A DNA stretch of 63,955 nt, counting the filler, from Phoronis australis (lineage: Eukaryota; Animalia; Phoronida), in the NCBI GenBank assembly GCA_002633005.1. It is 10 parts of 10 records of this genome, joined end to end, with 100 filler letters (N's around TTAATTAATTAA, not from the genome) between each part and the next. Parts side by side here need not be neighbours in the genome. Positions count along the whole stretch, not along the records: positions 36,535 to 53,460 come from NMRA01001503.1; 9 more parts are not named here. One strand, 5' to 3'. Within the stretch, counting starts at the first letter, position 1. Every line of letters begins with the position of its first letter. The position numbers and the translations under genes were made by a program. Below the pieces are notes generated by a model. That model ran no database searches. It was not told the DNA's origin and saw nothing but the letters and a program-made list of their open reading frames with translations. This document shows positions 37,842 to 51,385 of the stretch, in pieces.

Positions 37842-39224
37842 TTAAACCATTTCAGGGATCTTAAAAATTGAAATCATTGACTTGGTACCTACCTATATTT
37901 AAGGGTAAAGGGTCGCAAGGTGGTGCATGTGGATCCATGGTCGGTCAACAAGGGGGCAGCATCCCGAAAAAAACCTACAGAAAATAAAGTTCATCCACTA
38001 ACTGCAAATTCACAATGGGTACCTTCAGCAATTTTGCTCACATGAGGGCGATGCGACCAAGTCGGAGTTCGTCTCAGTGGCTCAAATCAACTATAGGTTT
38101 TGGTCCGAACTGTATGAATAAGGGCGAAAAATATTTACCATTACAGACCAGCACGTTAATGGGGGGAAGTAGTTTTAAACTCATAATTAATTGCTGTGCA
38201 AATACTACTAAGAGTAATGACAATGCCAATAGATCTCCATGCATATGAAGATACAGTGTTTAACTTTAAAAGGATACAAGTATGCATTTCTACTCGGTCG
38301 GCAGTCTGCGAAACATAAATTGTATTTTAGACCAGCAGTTTTCAATTTGGTGTCCGGTAAAATGCTATGAAGACAAAATTAACTCAAACACATAGTAATT
38401 AGTATTAAATTATTCACCGAAATTTTACCTCTTGAAGTTATATTACAGTATGGGATGCAATGCATTTCCCAACAGGCAACTAGTATAAAATGCTTCTTTA
38501 AAGTTATCAGTTTTGGTTACAGGCACTTCTTTACACAGTGCCTGGACTCATTATCACTCGCTTGTTTTGTTTGGAGATGTAGCACAGTAATACTACGAAT
38601 TAAAATCATTTAATTAACCATGCAAACATAAATAATTTCACATAATTTCCCACTACAACATGAACTTTATGCAAATTTTGTTGACTGATGTCTATCTCAC
38701 AAGACCATAACAAAAATGATGTCTATATATTATAAGTGCATTCATTAATGCCAAATAATAAATTATCACAAACTTTTCCATCAAATCTTATACCCACCAA
38801 ATACTGCATTCCTCTCACTTGAAATCAGTTTTAATTTAATCTCTTAAACAATGCGACTACTAGTAATTAACCCTACAGACAGCTAAGATCATGCAAAGGT
38901 AAGGAAATACAAACCGCAATACAATAACTATTCCTGTCCATGACTACTGCCAGTATGAGATAACTCCAACAGTAACATTTGGGGTTTTGTCACCGAACGC
39001 GTAAGCGAGCCTAAGCCAGACTGTAATTAATCCCTCAAATTCAATTCACAAATTAATGCTCGTGGGTTTATCAGTGTAGGCGCGATGCTGAAGAAAACCT
39101 ATTCACTAAGTTCTATTTTTTTGAATCGGTTTACTTTTCAATTTTAAAAACATGTTGGCCTTAATTATGTCCACTTTTTTACTTTGAAGCTGCTAAACAG
39201 ACATGTTGGTTTATGGCTGCATTT

Positions 39225-39300
39225 ATCACATTCCAAAACGTTCAGCTAGGTCCATGAACAGCGACTAGCTCGCTTCAATCCGTGACTGCACCATCAAGCC
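39225..39300 (-). mobile_element. Short relic of a Harbinger/ISL2EU-type transposase helix-turn-helix
   Basis: Minus strand LMVQS..LKRAS..LFMDLAERFG (frameshifted) resembles LMRLRLG..DLAYRFG. Confidence 0.3.
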
Positions 39301-42300
39301 TTTATTTGCCGAGGAATTCGCTGCATACTCTGGGGTAACCAGTACATGAGCATCATCGTCCATTTGAATGCAAATCCTGTTACCGTAAGATTTGCCTAAT
39401 GGCAACAACACAACAACCACTTTTGACTTGCGTAGCCTTAGAGGAGACTGCCAGATTCGTAACTTAAACATCTGAGTTACAAACAATCTTCAAAAAGAAA
39501 TTGCCCACAACTAGTTGTTTTCTTGTTGATATGAGTCCAGCATGACCTCCAGTCAGTATTCAAGTGGGTCAATCTTGTTTTCCTATTCATGATTTGTGTT
39601 GTTTGATCAAAAATAAAACTAAAGCAATGAGGATAGTCAATTGACCTTTTCCTTTTCAATTGCCACTAATTTGTATATTTCACAAAAACACATCGAGGAC
39701 TTCAACTGACAAAATTTGTTGAACAAACAACAATGTTCATGATTAATAATATTCCAAGGTCTCACGGGAATGATTACCGATACTTTTCAGCAAAATTTTA
39801 TCAAAAATAATTTTCAAGGTGACTCTGACTTTCAAGTGAGAGTTTGCAGGCACAATGAATGCATGGTTGGTTGTCTGATGCTGTGAGGCCTATTCGGCAA
39901 TGTATGCAAATTTCATGCCGATGCTTGGCGTGAAAACAAACAATTTTTGACAGCTGAGATACCTTTCAGACCCAGACGGGCCAGACAGTGTAACACTTGG
40001 CTTGGACTACGACTACCAAGAAACACGTGTGTTACCGGCCTAATCTCACTTACTCCCGAAGTCGAGACTAATTCCATTCCTTCTCCAAGCAGACTCAGTC
40101 AGCACATAGGAAATTTATCATAACGCCCAAAATTAAAGCGTGATTCACTCCACTGAGGCATTGAATTGCAGAATGCATAGCTCACTGGAAGCTCAGTCAC
40201 GCCTGAACCTGTAGCTAACCGTAGCAGTCAACTAGCGCCGTGTGCACGGACAATGTTGCTGCTATCTGCAAACTATAAAACTATAGGGTGATCGTCAAAA
40301 GTCAGGCTGGTGCTTATAATAAAAACAATATGATGATTACAACAAATGATCTTTGATTGACCCTCGTCGACATTACAATTTGAATTCATAATAATTTTTA
40401 AAAAGTAATATTTAGCCTAGTGCGGTCCCAGTCGGAGAAGAAGCGCAAGATGCCGCGACTCTCGATCGTGATGGGGCAGTCAAGTACAGCTGTACCGCGC
40501 GGGCCTGTGAGTCGGGTCCGCGCGGGACCAGAGGACCCCATATAGTCTACTATGTACGAACGGGGTATATAGGTCCAAACCGGCAATGAGCTATCTCGCT
40601 GGGGCAAACGATAGCCGACGGTGCTTCTGGAAAGCTAGGATTGCTGTACAGTGAGTGGAAAATCAGTAATGCATTCAAAGTTCCCTGTGCCCAGTGGTCT
40701 CTAGAGAGATTAGTACGAAAATCGTCATGAAGTTAGTCCGCCGGTTTCGCTGTCGGGCGGCCCCGGGTTACTATCCCGGCGTTGGGGCCAGTCAGTACTA
40801 TGCCAAGTTCAGTGAGATTCAAGTAGGCTTTTGCACGGTGATTACTAAACGTTTGAGTGTGCTATTGTTTTATCAGTAGTCAGTGTTCAGCGAAATTGCT
40901 GTGCGCTTTTCCAAACAACTTGCGAAATATATTATGGAGCAAATTAATAATGCAAAAAGATGGAACGTTGGGCAGAGGAAACTATAAAAACAACATTTGT
41001 TTCCAAACCGTACAACGGCATTTTGAGATGCCAGGGTTGCTCATGTTTCAGTGAAAATAAATCATGTCCACGGTGTGATCATAGGGATTTTCACTGACAC
41101 ATCATGAGTTAACCGTTAGTTTTAGCATCTCATTCAAAACGACTACACCAACGGCAGACCAGACTATAACAAAAATGATAAGTTATTTATAGTGTTTAAC
41201 CGTTTTTGTCGTCCGTTCAAGATTTTAGCCTTGGTGGAAATCATCATGGAAATCTGTTATCAGTGGCTTTACCGAAGTTTATTATTGAATTACCGTAATT
41301 TTTGTTTTCATCGTTCACTCTACGAAAAAGTTTGAGCAGGGCGTCATTTGCTGCATTTTTGCCAAAATTTTCGTATATTTTGGACTTGAGAGCCCCGGCT
41401 TAATTCTTCTTTTAGCACTAACGCGGTCCAGCAGTCGTCATGTCTCGTTTACACTTTAGTCAAAAATGACTATTTAAACCCTAGGATGCTGTATCGCTCC
41501 TGAGCAATGACTCGTATTCTACATCTAGACATGGTTTTCAATGAATTTCCAAATGATAGTTTCCACTGTGGCGGCAAAAAACGAACACTTGAAAACTATT
41601 GAGTTGGCCGTTCACGGTTTGTGATGAAGTCCAGTAAATGAAGTGTTTTTAATATCGTTTATATAAATTTTGATTAAAAGGATTGAAAGTATATTTCAGA
41701 TAAGTAAAATACGCCAAATTGCACAAAAGCTCCTTCAAAAAATGCAACATAACATTTTAAGGTCAATCAACAGTGTGAATAACCGTACGCTTACATATCA
41801 TGAGCATAGGCACTTGGTTTATCCAATGAAAAAATGGAAATCATTGGGAGTATCAAAATATGTAGGTCATTGACAGTAAATATTTTGAAAGAGAACAATT
41901 GTTTCAACTAAAAGCGATAACTACGTTGCATCGCAGGCTAACGCCAACGTTTAGCTATCAGTTCGGGGTTTACTAAATATCAACAGTCTCACTCGATATT
42001 GAATTTTGGCGAATGAGCTAGGTGACAAAATTTAATAATGGTAAGAAAAAACGCAATTAAAGAGAAAGGCAAATAATAACAAACACATAGGATTCCGCAT
42101 GCAATCACGCATTTCAAAACTCTCACTGGATTAACTCTTTGCCCAATCCTTGCCAAACTTATTTTATGCTCATCTTAATGGACAATTATTGAGGGTTACA
42201 CCCTAAACACCCTCTTTCCAAGAAGTTTCGGGCCTGACCAGCTTAAGGGCAACATCGTTATGCTTTTTATAGTCAATCATCAGTGTTTGCCTGACAAACG

Positions 42301-43842
42301 TTTTTAAAAAATGACGTCCACTCAACACAAGTTATAAAAGCAGAGTACTTACTGGGTGATGGATCCACAGATGTTAAGGTATTCGGAAAGGCATTCTCAC
42401 TTGTTCAGGCACTCCACACAGTATATTTATAAATCCCATTGTAGTAGTAATAAGGTTTGGTATGTCGCAGTAGTAATCGCACGTCTCTCTAGTCGGCTTT
42501 CTGGTTCGAATAGCAATCTTATTGGCGGGAAATTCAAAAGTCACGTGACAAGAGACTTAGCCCATCCGCTCCCTGTTGTTCTATTAAATGCACTCAATAG
42601 ACAGTGCCGACAAACACAGTTAGGGCACGTCTATCACAGTTACCTGTTGCGAAGTCCCCCTGAGCGCAAACATNNNNNNNNNNNNNNNNNNNNNNNNNNN
42701 NNNNNNAAGTTCATGGCAAATCGTGATGTATTTCAGATGTCAGACTTGAATAAAGTGTTTCATGAGGTCTTGCCGTCGCTTTAACTGTGCAGATTTTCTT
42801 GGCATTATTAACTGCCATTCCACGATGTCGACTCCAGGGTCATCGCTTCAGATCTTGAAAAAAATTACCATACGTCCTGGTGAGATATGTTCAAAAGATT
42901 TGTTTCAAATTATGATCAGCGGCAGTATTTTTTAAGTTGGAGCATCTTCAATATTTTAGCTCAAGAGAGTTCATTTTTGGCTCAAATATGCTCAGTAAAT
43001 AAAGTACTTTTAAAACGGTTCCATTAATATTTAGAGTAAAAATGTTTTAACATTTTTGAGCCTCACTATCAGAAATCAGTCTTTTCATTTTCAAAAGGGT
43101 TTCCTTTAACCTTAATTGGAGCGCCAAAATGCGCTAAATTATGGCTATTTTTGTATTTAGCCATTCATGGGGTGCTTCGGGGGCCAGTTTGCAGGATGCT
43201 GGTAATTTCAGATAATATTTTCTTATCAGTTTTCTGTATGGCTAAGAAAAAAATTGGGCTTTTTGTTTGTTTCCAAGCAACAACCGATGGAAAGGACATA
43301 CCATCTCGTATTGCAGTCGGCACTGGAACTTGTGAACCCCACCAAGGGGCTTTATTAAGTTTCGCAAATATATTTCTATGGTTATGGCAATGGTAGTCGT
43401 CAATTTTAATGATTTGATTACTGCTTGCCGCCCTGGTTGCGGTTTCTATAACTTGATTTCTTTGGTGAAATTTTCTAACAAAATTTGGTCAATTTGCTGC
43501 TATCCAGGAAACAGTGGCCCATACATGTTTTCCAATGATTCTAACCTGTGCTGTCTCACGGTATATCTAACTGGTGCCCCCCTCCTACCTCGTCAACGTC
43601 ACCTACCCCGCCCTCGGGGCCCCCACCCCTGGAAGAGGCTAACTGATGCGGTGCCTTTTTTACGCCCAGTTTATTACCTGACAGTCGTTACATGAAAATA
43701 CAAAAACATTTCAACCCGAGTCTTGTCATTTCTACTGTATACTAATCGTTTAGTTGATTCCACCCGAAACTAATTTTGTCACTGAGTTGTTGTCGCACTC
43801 CCGTCTTTCAAAATATTGGGCTCATGGGTTTCAAACATTTAA

Positions 43843-44579
43843 GGTAGTCGAGGGTTACATGTAGCAAGTAAAGTCTAAATTTGACAAGCATGATAATGAA
43901 AAAATATGAAGCTGTAAGGATGAAGGATTTGAGTAAACTTCACACTTAACTGTCTAAATGTGTCCTGTTTCTATAAAGTAATTAAAACCTATTCACATTT
44001 TGTCACTTAAGTTTGATATAACCTGAACAAGAAAATAACAAGTTACACTAACCATGAATAAAAAACATAGTTTATAAATTAAAATAAAAAAGTGTGTCTA
44101 TTGTGATATCAGACTTTCAAACAACAAACGATTTCAGCTAATTTTTCAACACAATGCCAGTTCAGCTAAGCAAAAGTCGCCGTATTGTCGGTGCTGCCGG
44201 AAATGCAACTTTGTTACATGTAGCACTTAAATTACTCAGTAACTTACATTTGCGTTACTAATTTGTGGTGAAAACTCTTGAATCGTACAGAATAGTAGCG
44301 AAAGTTTGTATCATTAAATTTTCCTTAAGAATATTTGTGAAAATTATTTACAAACACTGTTTGTATCCTACGCCGCTGACTTACGCAAGATGGCCGACCC
44401 AATCAAAAAAGTGAGTCAAATTTTGACACAGCAATGGTGATAACTTTTGAACACAGCACGCGATTTTGATCAGGTTCTGATTTTGTTTTCAGACAACGAC
44501 ACCGTTCCTTTGACGTAGGATGTTATGTCTGAAGCGGAAAAATAATTTCCGATTCTACCGCTTCATACGTCTCGAAACC
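43843..44579. mobile_element. Possible non-autonomous Kolobok-like element
   Basis: TTAA|GGTAGTCGAG ... CTCGAAACC|TTAA imperfect short TIRs. Confidence 0.4.
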
Positions 44580-45310
44580 TTAATTCAGAAGAATTGCTTA
44601 TAATAAGAGCTTAAAGTGCTTAATTAATACCACCATTTACCTTGTTTTGACTCGCTACTACATCGTCAGAATCACCAAACCTTCCTTTATAGTACTGCAC
44701 ATCACGACTGTAAATTCAATATCCCAAAATCGTGGAAAAAAGAAAAGTGTCTTTCTAGCTCCATTAAGTTTGATGTATATTTGTTTTTGTTGTAAATTTC
44801 ATTTGTTTGTCAAACTTAACACGAGTTTTCAATCCAATTTATCTTCAAACATTTATTCAATTTGTGTATGGTTCAACTACACCCAAGTCACCACTTGAAG
44901 AAAAATGTGTTCACGTTATAATTTAGAATCAATAGATGAAATTTATTATATTTTTGTTCGTCTTCTGCAAAACTCACCAAGATATGAAATTATTTATAAC
45001 TCTAGTGTGGGAAAAACTATTTAGCTAATATTCGAGACTATTTGCAAATTATTTTAGAAAAGTTTATGTACGTAGAACTGCCTTTCCAGCACCACTTTCT
45101 TGTACACCTTAACTGTTACGAAATTCTGTCTAAAAAACTAAACCGTAAGGTTGGCTACTTCAGAGGTATCATTTATCGAATTGTATTTGTTAAATATACA
45201 GCTTCCTATAATAAACGAGTACGATGTCACATAGGCCTCTGCTAAGCACGAGTGGGTAAGATTGTGGGGAACTAAGAACAAGTTACACCCCAAAATATCT
45301 CTTCTTGGTT

Positions 45311-45552
45311 CAGAGCTTGGAATGACCAACGACAAAAAAAATTCGAGATGATGTATGGTTCTACGAATAAATAAGATTTTGTGTTAGAAATATTTTTTGT
45401 GTAGTAAAACTTAACTGAAATAAGCGTTTTTGCATGAATAAAGTCAAAATAATGACGAAAAAGGGACGAAAAAAGAGGAAACTGGAAATCAAATTAAAGG
45501 AAATCGAACCAAAAAAAGAAATCCTCTAAAAAGAGGAAAATTCCAAGCTCTG
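45311..45552. mobile_element. hAT-like MITE
   Basis: Perfect 13-bp TIR CAGAGCTTGGAAT / ATTCCAAGCTCTG; target-site duplication not clean. Confidence 0.6.
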
Positions 45553-47000
45553 TTGGCTTCGATGTCAGAAAACAGACAGAGGACCATAATCAATAGTGGG
45601 TACATTTTGTTGTTAGGAGAAAACAGATGTCATGCATGCATGTGTACTTTTCCACTTGCCAACTTCCTCCAGTCAGCACTCCAACCCACAGCAGGTTAAA
45701 TTTTTGGTGGCACACGATAGAGTGACAAATTTTCATAAAGTCACCAGGAGTACAACAAAGTGTAAATCCAACGACATAAAAATGATGTCTAAAAAGTGCC
45801 TTAATGGTTGCAAAGCATTGTGCGTAAAAAGCAAGGGTTTTAAAGAGCACCCAGATTTCAGAATCTGGCAATGCCAGGACAGACCGACTGGTGCTGGTGA
45901 ACGTTCAATTTTACATTTACTGATCAATTACAATGGCCTTATGGGGCAAAGAAAACAAAACAAACAACAGATAACAATCTCTATTTCATTATTCTGGTTG
46001 TCAGAGTAAACCACAGAACCTGTTGTTAAATACTCCATGGTAAACATGCCGGTAATACTTGACTGGGTTACATTTAGGCACATTTCTCAGCAACAGGTTT
46101 AAGACTTGGCAACATGGTACCTGTAAAACATCTGATATCAACAGTTCACCTCACTCCACGAGTTCCACAACTTTCACAAAATTCTGTATCATATTTCTCG
46201 CAACCGCATGGAAGAAATCAAATTTCAACTAATTCGTTCTCATTAATTTTCCATCACAATGTAAACTACTCCATTCCTGCTTAAAGTGACTATAAACCAG
46301 TGTTCCGTCAAAGAAACTAACTTGTGTTTTAGACCATTTACCTCTATAAAACTGATTTCGACTTGTACCTGACTCAGATGAGAAGTCATTTCTCGACTTG
46401 GAAAAAACGACAGTTTGTTATTGATGGAGAACATGCTAATCACATAAAATAACCAAGCGTGACAAACCAACTTGTAAAGATTGGGCTCAAACATTACTGA
46501 ACTGTCAGTTCTTTCTAAATCTAGTAATCCCCTATGTAATAATTTGAGACTAATTTCATAATGTCTAATTTTTCATTTAAACACTTGAAACACAGTCTAA
46601 ATCAAAATTTGGTTTTTGGGACAGAAAGTAGTTTATAGTCACTTTAACTGATGCTTATTATTTTGTCAAGAAGAGTTACCCACGAAATCCACCATTCAAT
46701 ATTCCACGCCATCTCATGAACATGTTGAAATAGAACAATGCAATATTTTATACAAACATCACATCAAATTCGTTTGATGGCTATAGTCACTAAATGCATG
46801 GGTTCTGTATCTTAAGGACCAGTTTGATGCCTGTTATTCAGGGGAGAAAACTGGGAGGTTCTCATTTTAACAATATTCCCCAATGTACCAGAAAAATTTC
46901 ACACTGGTAGTGTGTGATTACAATAAATAAGTCTCTATTTATAACTGAAATCTGATTAAGATTTCAACTGCACGGTATTGATCACGGTGTAAATCCAGCT

Positions 47001-47068
47001 TTAAAATCTCTCTGCCGACCTTGATGCGATTGCTCTCATCGTTCCGTACACCTTGGATGGAGGACTTC
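47001..47068 (-). CDS. PNO1: RNA-binding protein PNO1, last exon
   Basis: ttacag acceptor; GSPPSKVYGTMRAIASRSAERF*. Confidence 0.95.
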
Positions 47069-47463
47069 CTGTAAGCCAAAGTTTGAAAACCAATAAAGAA
47101 TTAAAATTTTTAACACATTAATGACACTGACGAGTAATTCAACATTCATACAAAAGTATCACTCACTAACAGCATTGTCAGCAGTAGGACTATTTTCTTA
47201 AGTACTCAGTTACAACAACCATACCCAACTTCTACAGTGCTACAATGAGATTTGACCAAGGAAACTATGAAGCAACCACGAGCACTTGCAAGCATACTTT
47301 CCCACCTTCCAATTGCAATAAAATGATTTATATATACTTAGTTTAAATCAACACTTACAGGCCTCAATGATATAGGATTCATAAACCAACAAAGTACGAC
47401 ATAATAAAAGCAATGAAGTATAGTATTCTAGATATCAATAACTCAATATGTATTTCCACATAC

Positions 47464-47534
47464 CCAGAATCAAATTGCATATTGCCGTCCTTGCGATCTT
47501 TATGTTTTGAAATGAGCCGAGTACGTGTATTTTA
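47464..47534 (-). CDS. PNO1: PNO1 internal exon
   Basis: AG/GT bounded, in phase; KIHVLGSFQNIKIARTAICNLIL. Confidence 0.95.
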
Positions 47535-48041
47535 CTGAAAACAAGATTATACTGAGCTTTACCAATTATGTAAGTAACCAATGAAGACAAATTTGTACAA
47601 GAAACAATAATACACTCAATTAAATTCATAGATGATACGTCCTAAAACTGATATCGTACATAATCGTAATTACAATTAGACTAGAATACTTTTAGGCAAA
47701 ATCTTCTAAAACGGAGGCTGTGTGATACAAACAGTTTCAAAAGTCAAATCTTCATTATCTTAACACATTTCAAATCAAAAGCGATCGGTTGAACAACTAT
47801 GACAACTGCCAATATCAAGATAATGAAAAGGCCCATTACTTTCAGTCTATTGCTTGGTGCAATGACTGTTCCCCCCATAACTGCACTTCAAAAATGACTC
47901 ATCAGTCTGGAGTCAATTTCGTTTTTAAAACGCAAACAGCCATTAACACCAAACAATTTCAATGTTCAATCAAATATTGCACCACGTGACATTTTACATC
48001 ACAAGCATTACTGATCATTTATTTGCACATTGTCTACATAC

Positions 48042-48159
48042 CTGTCGGCTAAAACTATTCTAGTTTTTGTGACGTTTTCTATGGTGAACTTTGTCTTTCC
48101 ACCTTTTCCAGCTATTCGCCCGATGGCTCTTGCCAAGTGATCACCCTTCAATGGTTTCA
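48042..48159 (-). CDS. PNO1: PNO1 internal exon (KH domain GxxG loop)
   Basis: AG/GT bounded, in phase; [39 protein letters not shown]. Confidence 0.97.
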
Positions 48160-49532
48160 CTGAAAAAAACAAAAAGAAACTGCCAACTAGTGCAAAAAAG
48201 TGATTAACAACAATCAAAACTCACGTGACAAAAACTGCCAGTGTTACAATTAGCTAACATTTACTATTTTCAACTCACTGGACATAACAACCAGTTACTA
48301 CTTGGGTCATGTGACCATGTCTTTTAGTAAAATTTAGCACAGTCATAGCAAAACAACGGTATCAGTAACATGACCAAATTTCATTTGAAATGAATAATCA
48401 AGATGAAATTTCAAAAAATTCTTTGATCGTTTTCCAAATGAGCATTTCGTTTTACTTTTATGCAACTTTTTGAGTTGTTCAATAAAAAGTTGTAAATCAG
48501 ATATTTGATAACCCCTCATACAAAAGCGAAACATTTTAAAAACAATTTCTAACACCTTTTTGGAGAGTGCATAAAGCACTGAACTACTACGTGAAAGTTG
48601 CATCTGAATTCGATAAACATTTCAAAGACATGGTGTTGGGTTTACCAAATTTGGACATTTTCTAGGGTCCTTAGAAATCTTACAGCTGCATTTTGTCACG
48701 TTTAGCTGACTACAGATTCAAATTGAATTAGACCCTATACTCCAATAAAATTGGTCTTTTAATGTTCTTGACACTGATAGAATTCTACTCACACTACCAA
48801 CACGAACATCAAAAACATCAGCAACTCATTACAAGAACCAAGTTACAACTTTATTGGGAAAGGCCAATACCCTAAAACTGTGAATTCGAAAAATGGCCCA
48901 TGCACGCATTGCCTGTGACGCGAGTTGGTAACGGTCGGTAATCGAATCCTATCACGATAAGAACTATTACGAGACCGATTTTATGACAGTAAAATGCTAA
49001 ATTTGATTTTCGTACTTTAGCCAGCTCAACAGGGCAAAACGCAGCTTTAACATTTGCATTTACATCAAAGGAACATAATTCATCAAACCTAACATGATGG
49101 CTACCATGAAGTCATAGACCATTAATACTCCGCTACAAAAATATAAGGATTTCCATGACTATACCCTGAATTTAAGTCTTTTCCATGACAAAAACAAATT
49201 CCACATCTTATCCAGAGGAACTTCATAATTCCAAGTCCCCAGTTTGTGCAAACCAAGTTTTATGCTTGGTTTCAACCTTCAGAGCAGCACAACAAGCCGT
49301 ACACATTCAAATCCCCGTTAGTTCAGGTGTAAACTTCCTTGCAATAATAGCAAGAAACAGTGTTACTGAGAAACCCTCATACAACTCTCATAAGTTGGAT
49401 ATGGATAGGCCGTACATTCATTCATCCTTTAAAAAAAATTAGATCTTGCTTCACCCATATAAAATCTCCAGTTGAATCCGACTTTTCTGTAACTCCATTC
49501 ATACTTCAACCCCAGAGTTAAAATAAGCTTAC

Positions 49533-49593
49533 CATCAGTGACTTCAAAGGATTCCAGAAACAGATCGTCTAACCTCACTAGCGCCAGCGCATC
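49533..49593 (-). CDS. PNO1: PNO1 internal exon
   Basis: AG/GT bounded; DALALVRLDDLFLESFEVTD. Confidence 0.95.
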
Positions 49594-49911
49594 CTTCAAA
49601 TGAAAGCACTCAATTAAAAACATAAGGCTTGAATAACAACGTAAGACCAAGGCAATGTTCCTTGAACTCTGGTGAGTACCATACTCCATACTGCGAACTT
49701 TAGCACTACTCTCATATCAGGTATACAATTAGTGATGAGCCAAAGCGCAGGCTTTAACAGTATAGTTTTTGCCACTGGTTAATTACACAAAAACCCACGT
49801 TCCGCTCAAGAAGAGAACTTTTGAGTTACATTATTACCACCACAAATTGGCCTAGACTTGTTCCTTACTCAGATGATGAGCAATTTCTGGATTTGCAAGG
49901 AATTGAAAGCA

Positions 49912-50055
49912 TGAGACCATACTCAGTGCATAAAACAGCACACTGTGACAAGCCAACTTGTAGAGCATGGTATCAAGCAAAAATAAACCGTCAGTTCTTT
50001 CAAAGACCCGGTATCACTTTCAATTTGACTAAGAATTTGAGACCAATCTCATAAT
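49912..50055 (+). repeat. Dispersed repeat shared with 61572-61725
   Basis: Shared blocks TGAGACYATACTCAG, AGCCAACTTGTAGAGCA and CAATTT.ACT.AGAA..TGAGAYCAAT on two different scaffolds. Confidence 0.6.
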
Positions 50056-50563
50056 ATTGGGTGGTCTTATTCGAAAGTTGGATTGTAGTGATCAATGGCA
50101 GTTTATTGATGATTTAAGTACATTTCACGTGAGGAAATCATAAATGATGCAATTTCCTCTGGACTGATCAAAAATACAAAAACCTTAAAAAAAGTGTTGA
50201 ATATTCCATTTATATAATGAATAACAAACGTTTGCACTGATAGTTGACATGTGTATCAAAGTTAAAGACGAGTTTAATCAAAATATGTAAAGGAAACGGA
50301 TTTGATACCTCGACTGTGACAGTACACGTAAAATTATTAACTATTAATTGGATATTCCAAAAAGTCAGAGATCTGAAAATATTAAAAGCTCATCTAAAGT
50401 AAATTCAGCAGCCAATCTGAAAAAGGTCTAGGGATGGAACGCCACAAAAAACAGAAGCCCCAGCAACTATTGCTAATTCTACGTTACTTTCATCATTTTA
50501 TATGAAAAATATACATCATAGAAGCGTATCACCAGTAAGACTAAACTTATTTCCCAAACTCAC

Positions 50564-50647
50564 ATCGACTTCAAAACCAAGTGTAAATGCTTTAACAAAA
50601 TCTGCAGCTTTCTGAAGAGAGCCAATGTCTTTAGTGTCTTTGCATGT
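50564..50647 (-). CDS. PNO1: PNO1 internal exon
   Basis: AG/GT bounded, 84 nt; TCKDTKDIGSLQKAADFVKAFTLGFEVD. Confidence 0.95.
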
Positions 50648-51235
50648 CTGTAACAAGAAAAAACATTCCAACTCACTTTGAAAATTATAAAATATTTTTC
50701 AGATAAAAATTACAACAACGCCATTTAATACCATAACATCGCAACCTTTTCAATATCTTGGGTAATTGTAAGTTGTTCAGTGAGAAATTTAAAGCTGTAT
50801 ATGAAAATGTCAATCTACGTGGCCAACAGATGGCGTGCTAGCAAGACTTAAATATTTGCAAATTTAAAGCTGGCAGTGCTACAAAACTAGGTTCCAAATG
50901 GATACAGACGTATTTGCCCTTCAAAGAAACATCATCGCAGTCTTACGCTTTGCTAGAAATTAGTAAAGGCTTGCTGCAGCAGTTGAAAGTAACCCGCCGT
51001 AACAAGCAACTTACAGAGCCTGATCTGGAGCACCAACACATCTATCAGTTCTTCTCGAGCCAGAAAATCAGTTCTACCATACCAGTAAGAAACAAAATGA
51101 AACCAATTTGAATAGTAAAAATGGGACCAAAACGAAATTTTATTTTTGACTGAATTCAAAGGCACTTGTCTATTGCACTGTCAAATATGTTATTAGGATA
51201 TGATCTCAGAAACAGCAGATACTTCTCAGACTGAC

Positions 51236-51385
51236 CTTTATTTCAACATTTCTGGTTTTCAGATTGAATCTGATTTGTAAACTAAGATGTTCTACAACTG
51301 GTGTAAAAATCCTCATCCAGTTCTCTTTCAGAGGTGTGTATCTGTTGGGCGGTACTGGAATTTTTCTCAGCTCAGACTTTCCTCC
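51236..51385 (-). CDS. PNO1: PNO1 internal exon (upstream first exon not identified)
   Basis: AG/GT bounded, 150 nt; GGKSELRKIPVPPNRYTPLKENWMRIFTPVVEHLSLQIRFNLKTRNVEIK. Confidence 0.96.

Noticed and set aside
45590-46120. ORFs downstream of PNO1
   Set aside because: No homology recognised; overlapping frames on both strands
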